From the IMG/VR virus record IMGVR_UViG_3300025437_000009: a DNA stretch of 64,000 nucleotides; one strand, given 5' to 3'. A program made the translations under genes and the position numbers. Below are positions 8,989 to 17,601 of this stretch, in pieces (the first letter of the stretch is position 1; each line of letters begins with the position of its first letter). This DNA comes from a virus. Taxonomy: Duplodnaviria > Caudoviricetes. The notes under the pieces are model-generated. The model was not told where the DNA came from, did no database searches, and saw only the letters and a list, made by a program, of their open reading frames with translations.

Positions 8989-9720
8989 ACGCCCTTGGCA
9001 ATGGGCACGTTGACTAAATCCTTTTGGGTGTGAACAATCAATACTGCGTTTGTATTTTTTAGACCATTTTTCATCTAAGACTGATTCATTTTTAGAACGA
9101 CCAGATTTCATATTAGCACACCAATGATACATCTTGGCACGTTCGCCTGAGGCACGTTTGGCTTTGGCACGTAGACTGGTCACACTACCTTTACAGCTGG
9201 CGCCTGCACGTTTGACACGCCCTGGACGACTTTTGCCTTTGACCTTGCCGTCGTGAAAGTTTTCTTTTAAGAATGTATCAGCTAGTCGTTTGCACAATTC
9301 TCGTAGTTTTGCGTTGTCTGTTTCTATGCTATCGTCGTGATCTTGTGTAGGATCTTTATATCCGCAATAGACGTGCTCTATGCCTGCATCAGCAATTATA
9401 TCTTCACAACTTTCGCCAGACCGGTCATTCATTGGACGATTACAAGGACTTAAGGTAGTAACAATTATACATTCTGGAGTAATATCACCGTAAGCATCAA
9501 TGGCTGCACGTTCAGCATGTACATATTTGTCATCAATTTTATAACTAGTACGGCAAACTTTTTGACCTTCGGGACCTAATACACAAGCACCAACCATGCC
9601 ATAATGGTCATTGTCTTTTTCTTGATTGTCAAGAACTAACTCGCATAATTCAGCAAGTATAGCATCTAATTCTTCTCGGGGATCACTAGACGGGGCTGTA
9701 AGGATTTCTTGGATAATCAC
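8977..9720 (-). CDS. zinc-dependent deaminase (RibD/cytidine deaminase fold) fused to basic Cys-containing modules
   Basis: Motifs HAERAA and TTLSPC...C. C-terminal basic modules are separated by ...ESVLDE. Confidence 0.75.
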   Translation of the reverse strand: MIIQEILTAPSSDPREELDAILAELCELVLDNQEKDNDHYGMVGACVLGPEGQKVCRTSYKIDDKYVHAERAAIDAYGDITPECIIVTTLSPCNRPMNDRSGESCEDIIADAGIEHVYCGYKDPTQDHDDSIETDNAKLRELCKRLADTFLKENFHDGKVKGKSRPGRVKRAGASCKGSVTSLRAKAKRASGERAKMYHWCANMKSGRSKNESVLDEKWSKKYKRSIDCSHPKGFSQRAHCQGRKKK

Positions 9721-9766
9721 TATTGTCGCCCTCGGCTTGTTCGGGATAAACTGGATATTCGTTCAT
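9686..9766 (-). CDS. putative 26-aa peptide MNEYPVYPEQAEGDNSDYPRNPYSPV
   Basis: ATG overlaps the upstream stop (ATGA coupling). The 3' part overlaps the deaminase start in another frame. Confidence 0.35.
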   Translation of the reverse strand: MNEYPVYPEQAEGDNSDYPRNPYSPV

Positions 9767-10125
9767 TCTGGATTTTCTTCGCTGTAGTTACGCATGATAA
9801 CACCAGCAGTAGCATTAGCATCATTTTCTTCGTCACTGCCAGTGACTCCAGAATCTGGACCTAATTTGTTTTCTTGATCTTGTTTATAGTGTACTAGTTC
9901 GTGTGCTAGTGTACGGAATACATCTTTTGGGTGACGACCTTTTGACACTAGATAAATTGTTTTTTCTTCTGGTTTGTAAGCACCAAATGTTAGGCCTTCT
10001 GCATCAGGAACCTTAGTAACTACATCAATACGTGGGTGCTCGTCAATACCCAAATGGTCACAGGCAAACTTAACAAAGTTTGGCAATTGACTGTGTATTG
10101 GATCAACTACTTCGAAGATTTTCAT
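9763..10125 (-). CDS. zinc metallopeptidase-like protein
   Basis: RTLAHELVH (HExxH). N-terminus MKIFEV. Confidence 0.65.
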   Translation of the reverse strand: MKIFEVVDPIHSQLPNFVKFACDHLGIDEHPRIDVVTKVPDAEGLTFGAYKPEEKTIYLVSKGRHPKDVFRTLAHELVHYKQDQENKLGPDSGVTGSDEENDANATAGVIMRNYSEENPE

Positions 10126-10526
10126 TTTTTCGTTTTAAGTTGTATAGCACCAACTCGACGTGTTGGACTTGTTTTGTTTACTGTGTCTACTTCATCTGAG
10201 CCGTCTGGTGTAAGTTGTGTGTGATTAGCTTCCCAACCAAATGCTTTAGCAGCTTGATCTAAAATCTTACGCTCGCCTTCACTGTAGGCCACAGCAACAA
10301 GACTTTGTCCATTTGGACCATCTTTTTTTGGCTCGTGTTCATATTTGCCATCTGGTGCACCAGCACCACCTAAGAAGTAAGCAGCAAAACGCCAGGGGTG
10401 ATATGGACTAGAGTTATCTAGCTTATGGTGACTACGCATACCCGGTGTAGCACTTTGATGGCTATCTGGAATACCGTCGTTGTCCTGATCCTTTATATCT
10501 TCGGTGATAATTTCGTTTATTTTCAT
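10122..10526 (-). CDS. hypothetical protein, probable internal head protein
   Basis: Likely start MKINEIITED at ATG 10526. Confidence 0.55.
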   Translation of the reverse strand: MKINEIITEDIKDQDNDGIPDSHQSATPGMRSHHKLDNSSPYHPWRFAAYFLGGAGAPDGKYEHEPKKDGPNGQSLVAVAYSEGERKILDQAAKAFGWEANHTQLTPDGSDEVDTVNKTSPTRRVGAIQLKTKK

Positions 10527-10957
10527 TTTGTAGTAGCCCTTAACATCCATGCATGTTTTTGGAACGCATCCATACGTTCTGCTAGGAAGTTTGAGAAGCC
10601 ATGCTGTCCTTCTGCTTCAGCTAGATCATAAACACGTTTAAGAATTTTAACCATGTTTTCTGCATCTGCTAGCAATTCATCAACCATTGCTATGCCAGGC
10701 ATAACTTCAGTTTCATCTTCAATACGTGTTAGTACACTAAAGCGACTATTGCTACCGGGAGCATAACCGCCTAAGCTACGAATCTTTTCTGCAAATTCAT
10801 CTACTGTACCGTAAACTTCTGAATAGATAGTTTCAAATAGACTATGTAGTTCTTGGAAGTTGATGCCTTCTACGTTCCAATGAAAGAAATGTGCTTTCAA
10901 ATAGAAAGTATATTGACTAGCAAATCCAATCTTAGCGGCTTTGATTAACTGTTCCAT
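10523..10957 (-). CDS. dps: Dps family ferritin-like DNA protection protein
   Basis: HFFHWNVEG, FQELHSLFE, DEFAEKIR ferroxidase signature; C-terminal KHAWML. Confidence 0.93.
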   Translation of the reverse strand: MEQLIKAAKIGFASQYTFYLKAHFFHWNVEGINFQELHSLFETIYSEVYGTVDEFAEKIRSLGGYAPGSNSRFSVLTRIEDETEVMPGIAMVDELLADAENMVKILKRVYDLAEAEGQHGFSNFLAERMDAFQKHAWMLRATTK

Positions 10958-10958
10958 G

Positions 10959-11444
10959 TTATTCCTTGTTTGGTACGCAGTTATTTACACGCACTCCACC
11001 TTTGACTTTGGTCTTAGGTGTGCCAATGTGTTTGCCTGACCAGCACTTAGGATCTAATCGTGTTTTAGTTGCTTTCGCTTCAGTTAATACTTGATTGTAC
11101 CATGTCATGGCATTTTCTAACATAACCATTAGATCCTGCACCGATTCGCAATGCCACTTGCGTAGAGCTTTGTTGATACGGCTGTTTGGATCACGTTTAG
11201 TTTTTGCACCAGCACGATGTTTCTTCATGCCCTTCATTCGAGCACAAAAACTCTTACGACGCTTAGAGGCTTTTGACCCCTTCTTTAACTTGCTAGGTTT
11301 TGTAGTAACGGCAGTCTGTAGTTTAGAGCCAGGATGACTACGGCGATAAGACGCAACACCCTTTTTATTTAGGCCGCCATTTTTGTTTTTGCCTTTACTG
11401 GTTTGCCAGGCTTCAGCTTCTACAACAAAATCTGAACTTTTCAT
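10959..11444 (-). CDS. basic modular protein, probable internal head protein
   Basis: Lys-rich module GGLNKKG...RRKSFCARM and terminal CW...NNCVP module, of a kind seen in T4-like phages. Confidence 0.6.
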   Translation of the reverse strand: MKSSDFVVEAEAWQTSKGKNKNGGLNKKGVASYRRSHPGSKLQTAVTTKPSKLKKGSKASKRRKSFCARMKGMKKHRAGAKTKRDPNSRINKALRKWHCESVQDLMVMLENAMTWYNQVLTEAKATKTRLDPKCWSGKHIGTPKTKVKGGVRVNNCVPNKE

Positions 11445-11445
11445 A

Positions 11446-13500
11446 TTACTTGATGCTTTCTTTTAATTCGTCAACTAAACTATTTAGTTTTTTGCTTTTT
11501 TCGTTCTGTAGCTTAGTCCAGTAGTCGGTGGATTCATCTACATGTTTAGGTTTCTTATGTGCCTTCTTCATAGCAATAGCAATAGCGGCCTGCTGTGCTG
11601 GGCTACCAGCTTCTTTCATAATAGGCATAAGTGTAATTTTATCCGCTTTGGTTTTGTCGCCCTGATTATATAACTTCTTCTTCCAGTTATCGTGGAATTG
11701 ACGAGCTTGTTCATAGTAGTCAAATTGTTTAACAGGTTTACCAGCTAGACAAACAGCATATGGTTCTACTTTTTTAAAGTCTTGATATCCCTCTGCTACA
11801 CCCTGTTTTAATTTGCGTTCATAATCAGCTATAATCTCATTGCGATATTGTGGACTTTGTGCAATAGCACGATTGATATGATCAGGATATACAGGAGTCT
11901 TGGCTTGTCGGTTTACTACTGCATGGTGACGTGGATCTGGATCATCTTCCCATTCGCCATCATCAAAATCATTTTCAAATTTCATATTACCACCAATTGG
12001 ACTTGCGCTATCGTTAGCCATAAAGTCATTACTGTCTTCATCAACACCTGTTAATGCTATCACAGGATCTGCACTTTCTTTAGCCCATTGATCGTGCTCG
12101 CTTGACCAGTCGTTTGTACCATCATACCAACTGTCTTCTTCAAGTCCAACCATTGTATACTTGTTAGCAGGATCTCTAACACCAATCTGCATGCCAGGAT
12201 ATTTGTTTTTGATAGCCTGTGCGTGACGCTGTGCCAACTCTTGTGACTCATGCGACTTAATAGGTACCCAATCTGCTCCTACACGTTTGCATACAGTATG
12301 ATACCCTGCCGCATTAGGTACTGTAAGTCCTCGAATAGCTAGGTCTTTCATGCCGCCTTCTTCTAATTCACCTTGATTGGGATCGGATACAGGTTTAACA
12401 TAAGCGCCTTTGTTGGTAAGATATTCGTGAATAAACTGTAACAAATAACTAGGATTACCAAATAGATTTAACACTAGAGTCTTTTTAGTTTCTGAATCAG
12501 GCATTGCAGATAGGATGTCCATGACACCTTTAATCTGTTTGCGTTTGATTTTGATTGGAATCAAACTGCCCGGAGCTTCAATATCTACTGTATCGTGATT
12601 CGCTACATACGCATTGACAAATTTTTGTAAATTATCATCTGCTACTTGTTTAACAAAAGGAGTTGGGTTAACAGCTTCTGCTACCTTTTGTCCACCCACT
12701 AGACTTAATAAACTAGCCGCTTTTTGTTGTCTTGCTGTACCTAGGTCTTTTACTTTACCTGCACCAGTAGTGGGCTTTGGTTGAACAGTGGGTTGATTAG
12801 CAGCCCAATTAGTAGCTGGTTGTGTTTGATACTGAGCCAATTGTTGTTTTGGACTTACTACTCGTCCTGGTGTTTGTGTCAATTGACTAGCCATCTGACC
12901 TAGTGCAGGACTTGCAGTAGGTTCTTGAGTTGTTTGAGCAGTAGGCTCTTGTGCCGTTTGTTGAGTCTGTTGAGGCTCGGCGGCAGTTGATGATGTTCTT
13001 GGAACAATAAATGTAGGAGCTGTTCTTGTTTGTGCAGGCTTAGTTGAAGCCTTAGGAGTTCCAGTAACTGGATTAAATAAGTCTTTGGGTTTTTGTGTTA
13101 CCTTAGGTTCTTCTCCACGCTCAATATCCTGTGCAGCACGTGCTTGCTCGGGCGGTGTAAGATCCATACCGGCAACTTTTTGTGTAAAGTCTTGGAAACG
13201 ACGTTCTTTGTCTTGTACAAACTTGTTAGTAGAATCGATCTGTTTATATAAATCTTTTTCTTGTTTTTGCAGTTGATCAATTTGTTGTTGCTGTTGTTGA
13301 TTTAACTGATCAGTTTTCCAACTGTGCGCCGCCAGGGCTTCTACATCATTAGCACCGGGATATTCTTTACGTGCAGCATCAATGGCCTTGCGAGTATCTG
13401 CATACTTAGTAGTTTTATAAAGATCTTTATCCTGAGATTTCTTTGCGCTAGCTTTTGCTTCTGCAAAGGTCAATGGATTAACTAAGTCGTACAAATTCAT
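11446..13500 (-). CDS. large modular low-complexity protein, probable internal head polyprotein
   Basis: Coiled coil, Q/T/P-rich linker, and modules separated by VAEA, LEEG, LEED, QGVAEG, KEAG, VDES. Confidence 0.65.
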   Translation of the reverse strand: MNLYDLVNPLTFAEAKASAKKSQDKDLYKTTKYADTRKAIDAARKEYPGANDVEALAAHSWKTDQLNQQQQQQIDQLQKQEKDLYKQIDSTNKFVQDKERRFQDFTQKVAGMDLTPPEQARAAQDIERGEEPKVTQKPKDLFNPVTGTPKASTKPAQTRTAPTFIVPRTSSTAAEPQQTQQTAQEPTAQTTQEPTASPALGQMASQLTQTPGRVVSPKQQLAQYQTQPATNWAANQPTVQPKPTTGAGKVKDLGTARQQKAASLLSLVGGQKVAEAVNPTPFVKQVADDNLQKFVNAYVANHDTVDIEAPGSLIPIKIKRKQIKGVMDILSAMPDSETKKTLVLNLFGNPSYLLQFIHEYLTNKGAYVKPVSDPNQGELEEGGMKDLAIRGLTVPNAAGYHTVCKRVGADWVPIKSHESQELAQRHAQAIKNKYPGMQIGVRDPANKYTMVGLEEDSWYDGTNDWSSEHDQWAKESADPVIALTGVDEDSNDFMANDSASPIGGNMKFENDFDDGEWEDDPDPRHHAVVNRQAKTPVYPDHINRAIAQSPQYRNEIIADYERKLKQGVAEGYQDFKKVEPYAVCLAGKPVKQFDYYEQARQFHDNWKKKLYNQGDKTKADKITLMPIMKEAGSPAQQAAIAIAMKKAHKKPKHVDESTDYWTKLQNEKSKKLNSLVDELKESIK

Positions 13501-14258
13501 TATAGTGTTCCTGCTGATTTCTGTTTAATTTGTTGTAGGTTTTGAATTAACTTGTTAGCATCGGCTGGATTGGCATTTACTAGAGCATCTTCAACACCCT
13601 TGCCAAGAGCACCAACAATCTTCTTACCAGTCTGATCCATACCAGCTCCAGTAGTTGGGTTGACATTAGGATTCTGTGCGTTAGCTACAGCAGTCTTGGC
13701 AGCTTGACTTGCACCAACTCCAGTTTTAATTCCAACTAAATTTTGTAACTTTTGGAATGCTTGACCAGTCTGTGCTGTTTGCTGAGCCAGTTGTCTTTGT
13801 TTAATAGGGTCTTGACCCTGAGGAGGATTATTTGCACCAGCTTCTTTTACTGTTTCTTGTTCTTTTACAAATTGTTCCCATGCGGCCATTAGTTCTTCTT
13901 CTAAGTCACCGTTTATTGGACTGCGACTATCATCAGGACCTGCACCCTGTACATAGTTCATCTCTAGGCCACTTTCTTCCATACCGCCTACACCCATACC
14001 TGGCTTAGGTGGGTTAGGATCAGTACCTTTCCAATAGCCACCAAACTTTGCACCCGATGGATGCTTTTCAGCATCAGCCATAGAACCTTCATCCATGTCG
14101 CCCATGATGTTGTCCCAAAATTCTGCGTGCTCATGTCCCCATTTTTCACAGAACTGATCACGTGTCATGCGCTCGGCATCACGCCACATGGCTTCTTTGG
14201 TCATGCCTTCATCTAAGCGTTTGAATGTCTGCAGAATGTTGTAAAAATTATTATCCAT
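13500..14258 (-). CDS. modular protein, probable internal head protein
   Basis: Linkers LDEG, MDEG, MEES, LEEE, VKEA. Confidence 0.6.
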   Translation of the reverse strand: MDNNFYNILQTFKRLDEGMTKEAMWRDAERMTRDQFCEKWGHEHAEFWDNIMGDMDEGSMADAEKHPSGAKFGGYWKGTDPNPPKPGMGVGGMEESGLEMNYVQGAGPDDSRSPINGDLEEELMAAWEQFVKEQETVKEAGANNPPQGQDPIKQRQLAQQTAQTGQAFQKLQNLVGIKTGVGASQAAKTAVANAQNPNVNPTTGAGMDQTGKKIVGALGKGVEDALVNANPADANKLIQNLQQIKQKSAGTL

Positions 14259-14713
14259 TACTTAGGAGCCTTAATTTTAACAGGACCGCCTTTGGTCATT
14301 TGATTAGTATAGGTCTTTTGACGCTTGATCATTTCGGTAGGCATATTACCCTGCTGAGAAAAACTTACGGCAACACTAGGGCTACCAGTAGCACCAGCAG
14401 TGGCATTTTCATTCAGACTTTCAGTGAACATACGTTCTGCATCTCTAGCATCAAATCCTGGAACTTCTGGTTGATGTCCCATTTCGTGCTGACTTTTTAA
14501 ATAATCAGTAACAGCATCAATCATACCTTTGGCAACAGCAATTTTTTCCTGGCACCATTCTGGGATATCTTCGTTATTTTTTAAACTTTTGGCTAGTTCA
14601 ACTGCATCGCGAACCATAGTATGTAGGTTATTTTTGACCATACCCACTTCGTCACTATACTCGTACTTTTCTGCTGATTCTGCGTATTTGTTAATAAAGT
14701 CTGTAGTTTTCAT
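14258..14713 (-). CDS. hypothetical protein, probable internal head protein
   Basis: N-terminus MKTTDFINKYAES; late TAAATA box at 14735-14740. Confidence 0.6.
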   Translation of the reverse strand: MKTTDFINKYAESAEKYEYSDEVGMVKNNLHTMVRDAVELAKSLKNNEDIPEWCQEKIAVAKGMIDAVTDYLKSQHEMGHQPEVPGFDARDAERMFTESLNENATAGATGSPSVAVSFSQQGNMPTEMIKRQKTYTNQMTKGGPVKIKAPK

Positions 14714-14737
14714 AATATAATTCCGTTGTTAGTGTAT

Positions 14738-15010
14738 TTATTCTGTTGTTGTAAACTCGTTTGCGGAAACAACATCATCTACTGTTATGTTCTTAGTCTG
14801 TATGCTTCCGCTTGAATTTATCTGCTCTACTCGTAACACATGTGATCCGGGCAGTAAATTTACTATAATATTTTCACGCACAAATACTTCGTGAGCTGAC
14901 CAAATAAAATCTCGTTCAGTTAATAAATCACGGTCTACATATATGCGATATGTGGGATTAGATTCTCCTCGACGTGCATATACATCTACGGTGATTTTAT
15001 GTTCGGTCAT
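14738..15010 (-). CDS. hypothetical beta-rich protein
   Basis: ORF track; coupled to the upstream gene; resembles 16045-16500. Confidence 0.55.
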   Translation of the reverse strand: MTEHKITVDVYARRGESNPTYRIYVDRDLLTERDFIWSAHEVFVRENIIVNLLPGSHVLRVEQINSSGSIQTKNITVDDVVSANEFTTTE

Positions 15011-16014
15011 GGGTTAAATGCTAACTTAGCACGTTCTGCTTTAAGTTGCTCAATTCGTTGTTTGAGCTTTTCTTTATATTCTGCAGGTAATTGTTCTGTA
15101 GTAATACGTTGTTTAATTTCGTCAATTAAATTTCCTAAATGCTCGATCTCTCGCATAGTTAAACGATCAACAGCACTGGGCTCTGTTTCTGCTAAATCAA
15201 ATGCTTTAAGGCTTTTTTTAATCTGTCCGGGACGCACATCTTTAGTCAAACTCATTGAATAGCGTGGATCATTGGCCTGTGCTTTACTAGCAACAACACC
15301 TACACCCGCGGCTTCACCAACTGGTTCGGGTTTTCCTACCTTTTGTAGCTGGGCTTTATTTTTTAACTGTGGTGGTTCTACAGATTTTGCTGGCAACAGT
15401 TTATTATCCATAATCTGTTGAGCTTCGTGAGTATAACGTCCGTACAAATCTTTGATTATTTGTTGACGTTGAGCATTATCGGCTTTTGCGTATAAATTTC
15501 TAATGCTAGTAGCACCAGTAATTTTTTGTCCTAGTATTTCAAATTCTTGTACTTTGACAGTTTGAACGTATGCGTGTTTATCTGCACTTTCAACTGAGGT
15601 TTGATCATTGGGTAAGGGTTGTAATTTTTTTGGAGTACCGTCTGATTTTGTTCCGCCATTGAATAAGCCTGGTTTTTCATCTACGTCTTTTTGGCTTACA
15701 GGGAAGATCATAACAGTATGGCTAAGATCATTGATTCCCAGTGCTTTGGCAGCAACATCGGGGTTATAGTTGTTTGATAACTGTAGTATGCGATCAGATG
15801 GAATTCCCAACAAGTTCATGAAATAAACTCGTTCGGAAAGTGTAAAAGGACTGTCTGGGAGTTCTACTTTACCGCTGGTGCCAATATAGACATTTTCACG
15901 TCCGTATGTACCAACTAGGTTGTTGTAGACTGCAGCATGTCCGCGATGGAAGGGCTGGAATCTACCACAAAAAATAACAACAACACGCCGTTCGGCTAAT
16001 TCATTAATAAACAT
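15007..16014 (-). CDS. HxGH nucleotidyltransferase (cytidylyl/NMN adenylyltransferase-like)
   Basis: GRFQPFHRGH motif. N-terminus MFINELAE; TAAATA at 16036-16041. Confidence 0.7.
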   Translation of the reverse strand: MFINELAERRVVVIFCGRFQPFHRGHAAVYNNLVGTYGRENVYIGTSGKVELPDSPFTLSERVYFMNLLGIPSDRILQLSNNYNPDVAAKALGINDLSHTVMIFPVSQKDVDEKPGLFNGGTKSDGTPKKLQPLPNDQTSVESADKHAYVQTVKVQEFEILGQKITGATSIRNLYAKADNAQRQQIIKDLYGRYTHEAQQIMDNKLLPAKSVEPPQLKNKAQLQKVGKPEPVGEAAGVGVVASKAQANDPRYSMSLTKDVRPGQIKKSLKAFDLAETEPSAVDRLTMREIEHLGNLIDEIKQRITTEQLPAEYKEKLKQRIEQLKAERAKLAFNP

Positions 16015-16044
16015 AGTAACAGTTCTCTATTACTATATTTATCT

Positions 16045-16500
16045 TTAAATGTTTTCAAGCAACCATATGTAAAAGGGTGATTCGACCGGTAAGGTCCACG
16101 AGCCGTTCCATCCTAGATCTACACAGTTATCAAGCACAGGCCTGGAGGGATCGTCCCCAACAAATGTGCTTTTTCTCCACGTTAATTCACCTATATCAAT
16201 ATCGTCAATCTCAACGCTATCAATATGTAATAACATGTCTTTGACAATCACAAAATCTTCTTTGGTTTCGTCATCTTTGACCACTTGATCATTGGTTTTA
16301 TTTTCAAATCGAATCGTAAGTTTACAGGGACCTTCATCAACTGAAACATCAAATTCAACAAATTCAACTATGCCCGACTCTTGGGAGATAATACCTTCGG
16401 AGTATTTTGTGTCATTTACTAAGACAGTATACTGGGGTTTTTTATCCCAGTATACGCCCGAAAGACCAATTTTAAAATGAAGATTTTCTGTACTAGACAT
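16045..16500 (-). CDS. hypothetical beta-rich protein
   Basis: ORF track; operon context. Confidence 0.6.
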   Translation of the reverse strand: MSSTENLHFKIGLSGVYWDKKPQYTVLVNDTKYSEGIISQESGIVEFVEFDVSVDEGPCKLTIRFENKTNDQVVKDDETKEDFVIVKDMLLHIDSVEIDDIDIGELTWRKSTFVGDDPSRPVLDNCVDLGWNGSWTLPVESPFYIWLLENI

Positions 16501-16502
16501 TG

Positions 16503-17387
16503 TTATGGTGTTGGTGTTGCTTGTAGTGCTTTTTCCATTTGAGCACCCTGTGCTTTTAGTGTATCTTCAATGATACCCATGCTACCACGCTGACCGATAG
16601 CAATCTTATCTAAGTCACCAGCATATTCGTAATGTCCAACGTGGTTCAACAATACTTTACTGTGTGCCCAAATTTCGCCACCTAGTTCTTGCCAACGACG
16701 GCAGAATAGCCAATCTTCTGACAAATAGTGACCACGTTCGTCGATCTTGCAATCGAAGATTGAGTACATCATTGGCTCGTACTGCTTACCTAGACCTACA
16801 TCGTCTACATATTTGCACTCTGGATGTGCAGCAATTAACTTTTCATATACTGAACGTTTGAATAGTAAGAAGCCTGTGCCCATTGTATCTACTGTAAAGA
16901 TATCGCCTTGAATCTTAGTCTGTGGCATCAAGTTAATAACATAACTTACAGGTAGGGCCTTCTTAGGATACAAGCCACCGATGACTTCTTTATCGTAAGC
17001 CAACATACTTAGAATTGATTCTGGTTGGAAACGAATATCAGCATCAATAAACATGAAGTGAGTGGCCTGTGTGTTAGTCATCATCTTAGCCATTAAATTG
17101 TTACGAGCACGTGTTACTAATGATTCGTTAACCATTGTGTCTAATGACCAATTTAGACCAGCTTGTGCGGCTAGTAATGTAAACCGTAGGAAGCTGGTCA
17201 TTGTTGGTTCTGAAACCATACCACCATAGCATGGGATACCAATGTGCAAGTGAATTTTGCTAAAGTCAAACGGTTGACCTTGACCTTGTGGTTGTGCCAC
17301 TGGAGCAGCGGCTGCTTGTTTTTGTTTTGCGGCTGCTGCTTTGATTAAATTCACAGCATCGGCTTGACTGATTTTCTTATCGCTCAT
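16503..17387 (-). CDS. GT-A fold glycosyltransferase-like protein
   Basis: IGIPCYGG, SLVTRARN, FMFIDADI (DxD), SEDWLFCRRW. Confidence 0.75.
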   Translation of the reverse strand: MSDKKISQADAVNLIKAAAAKQKQAAAAPVAQPQGQGQPFDFSKIHLHIGIPCYGGMVSEPTMTSFLRFTLLAAQAGLNWSLDTMVNESLVTRARNNLMAKMMTNTQATHFMFIDADIRFQPESILSMLAYDKEVIGGLYPKKALPVSYVINLMPQTKIQGDIFTVDTMGTGFLLFKRSVYEKLIAAHPECKYVDDVGLGKQYEPMMYSIFDCKIDERGHYLSEDWLFCRRWQELGGEIWAHSKVLLNHVGHYEYAGDLDKIAIGQRGSMGIIEDTLKAQGAQMEKALQATPTP

Positions 17388-17411
17388 TGATATCTCTCTT
17401 TAGTTAATTGA

Positions 17412-17576
17412 TTAGGCTGATGTTACTTCAACAAGTGTGCCTGCACCTGCTAATTCTTGTACTACTGCTTCTAAACTAGTAATTAGGTCTTCATTTACGG
17501 CTGTACCAGCGGTGTCTGAATCTTTAATTAATTTACTGATTTTAATAACCAGCACATCTTCTTGTAATTTTGCCAT
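17412..17576 (-). CDS. 54-aa hypothetical protein (not in ORF track)
   Basis: MAKLQEDVLVIKISKLIKDS...; GGAG SD and TAAATA at 17603-17608. Confidence 0.7.
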   Translation of the reverse strand: MAKLQEDVLVIKISKLIKDSDTAGTAVNEDLITSLEAVVQELAGAGTLVEVTSA

Positions 17577-17601
17577 CACAGGCTCCTTGAATAATATGCT
17601 A

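Noticed and set aside
8865-9074. 69-aa minus-strand ORF
   Set aside because: Overlaps the deaminase end in another frame and the structured RNA; no recognisable features.
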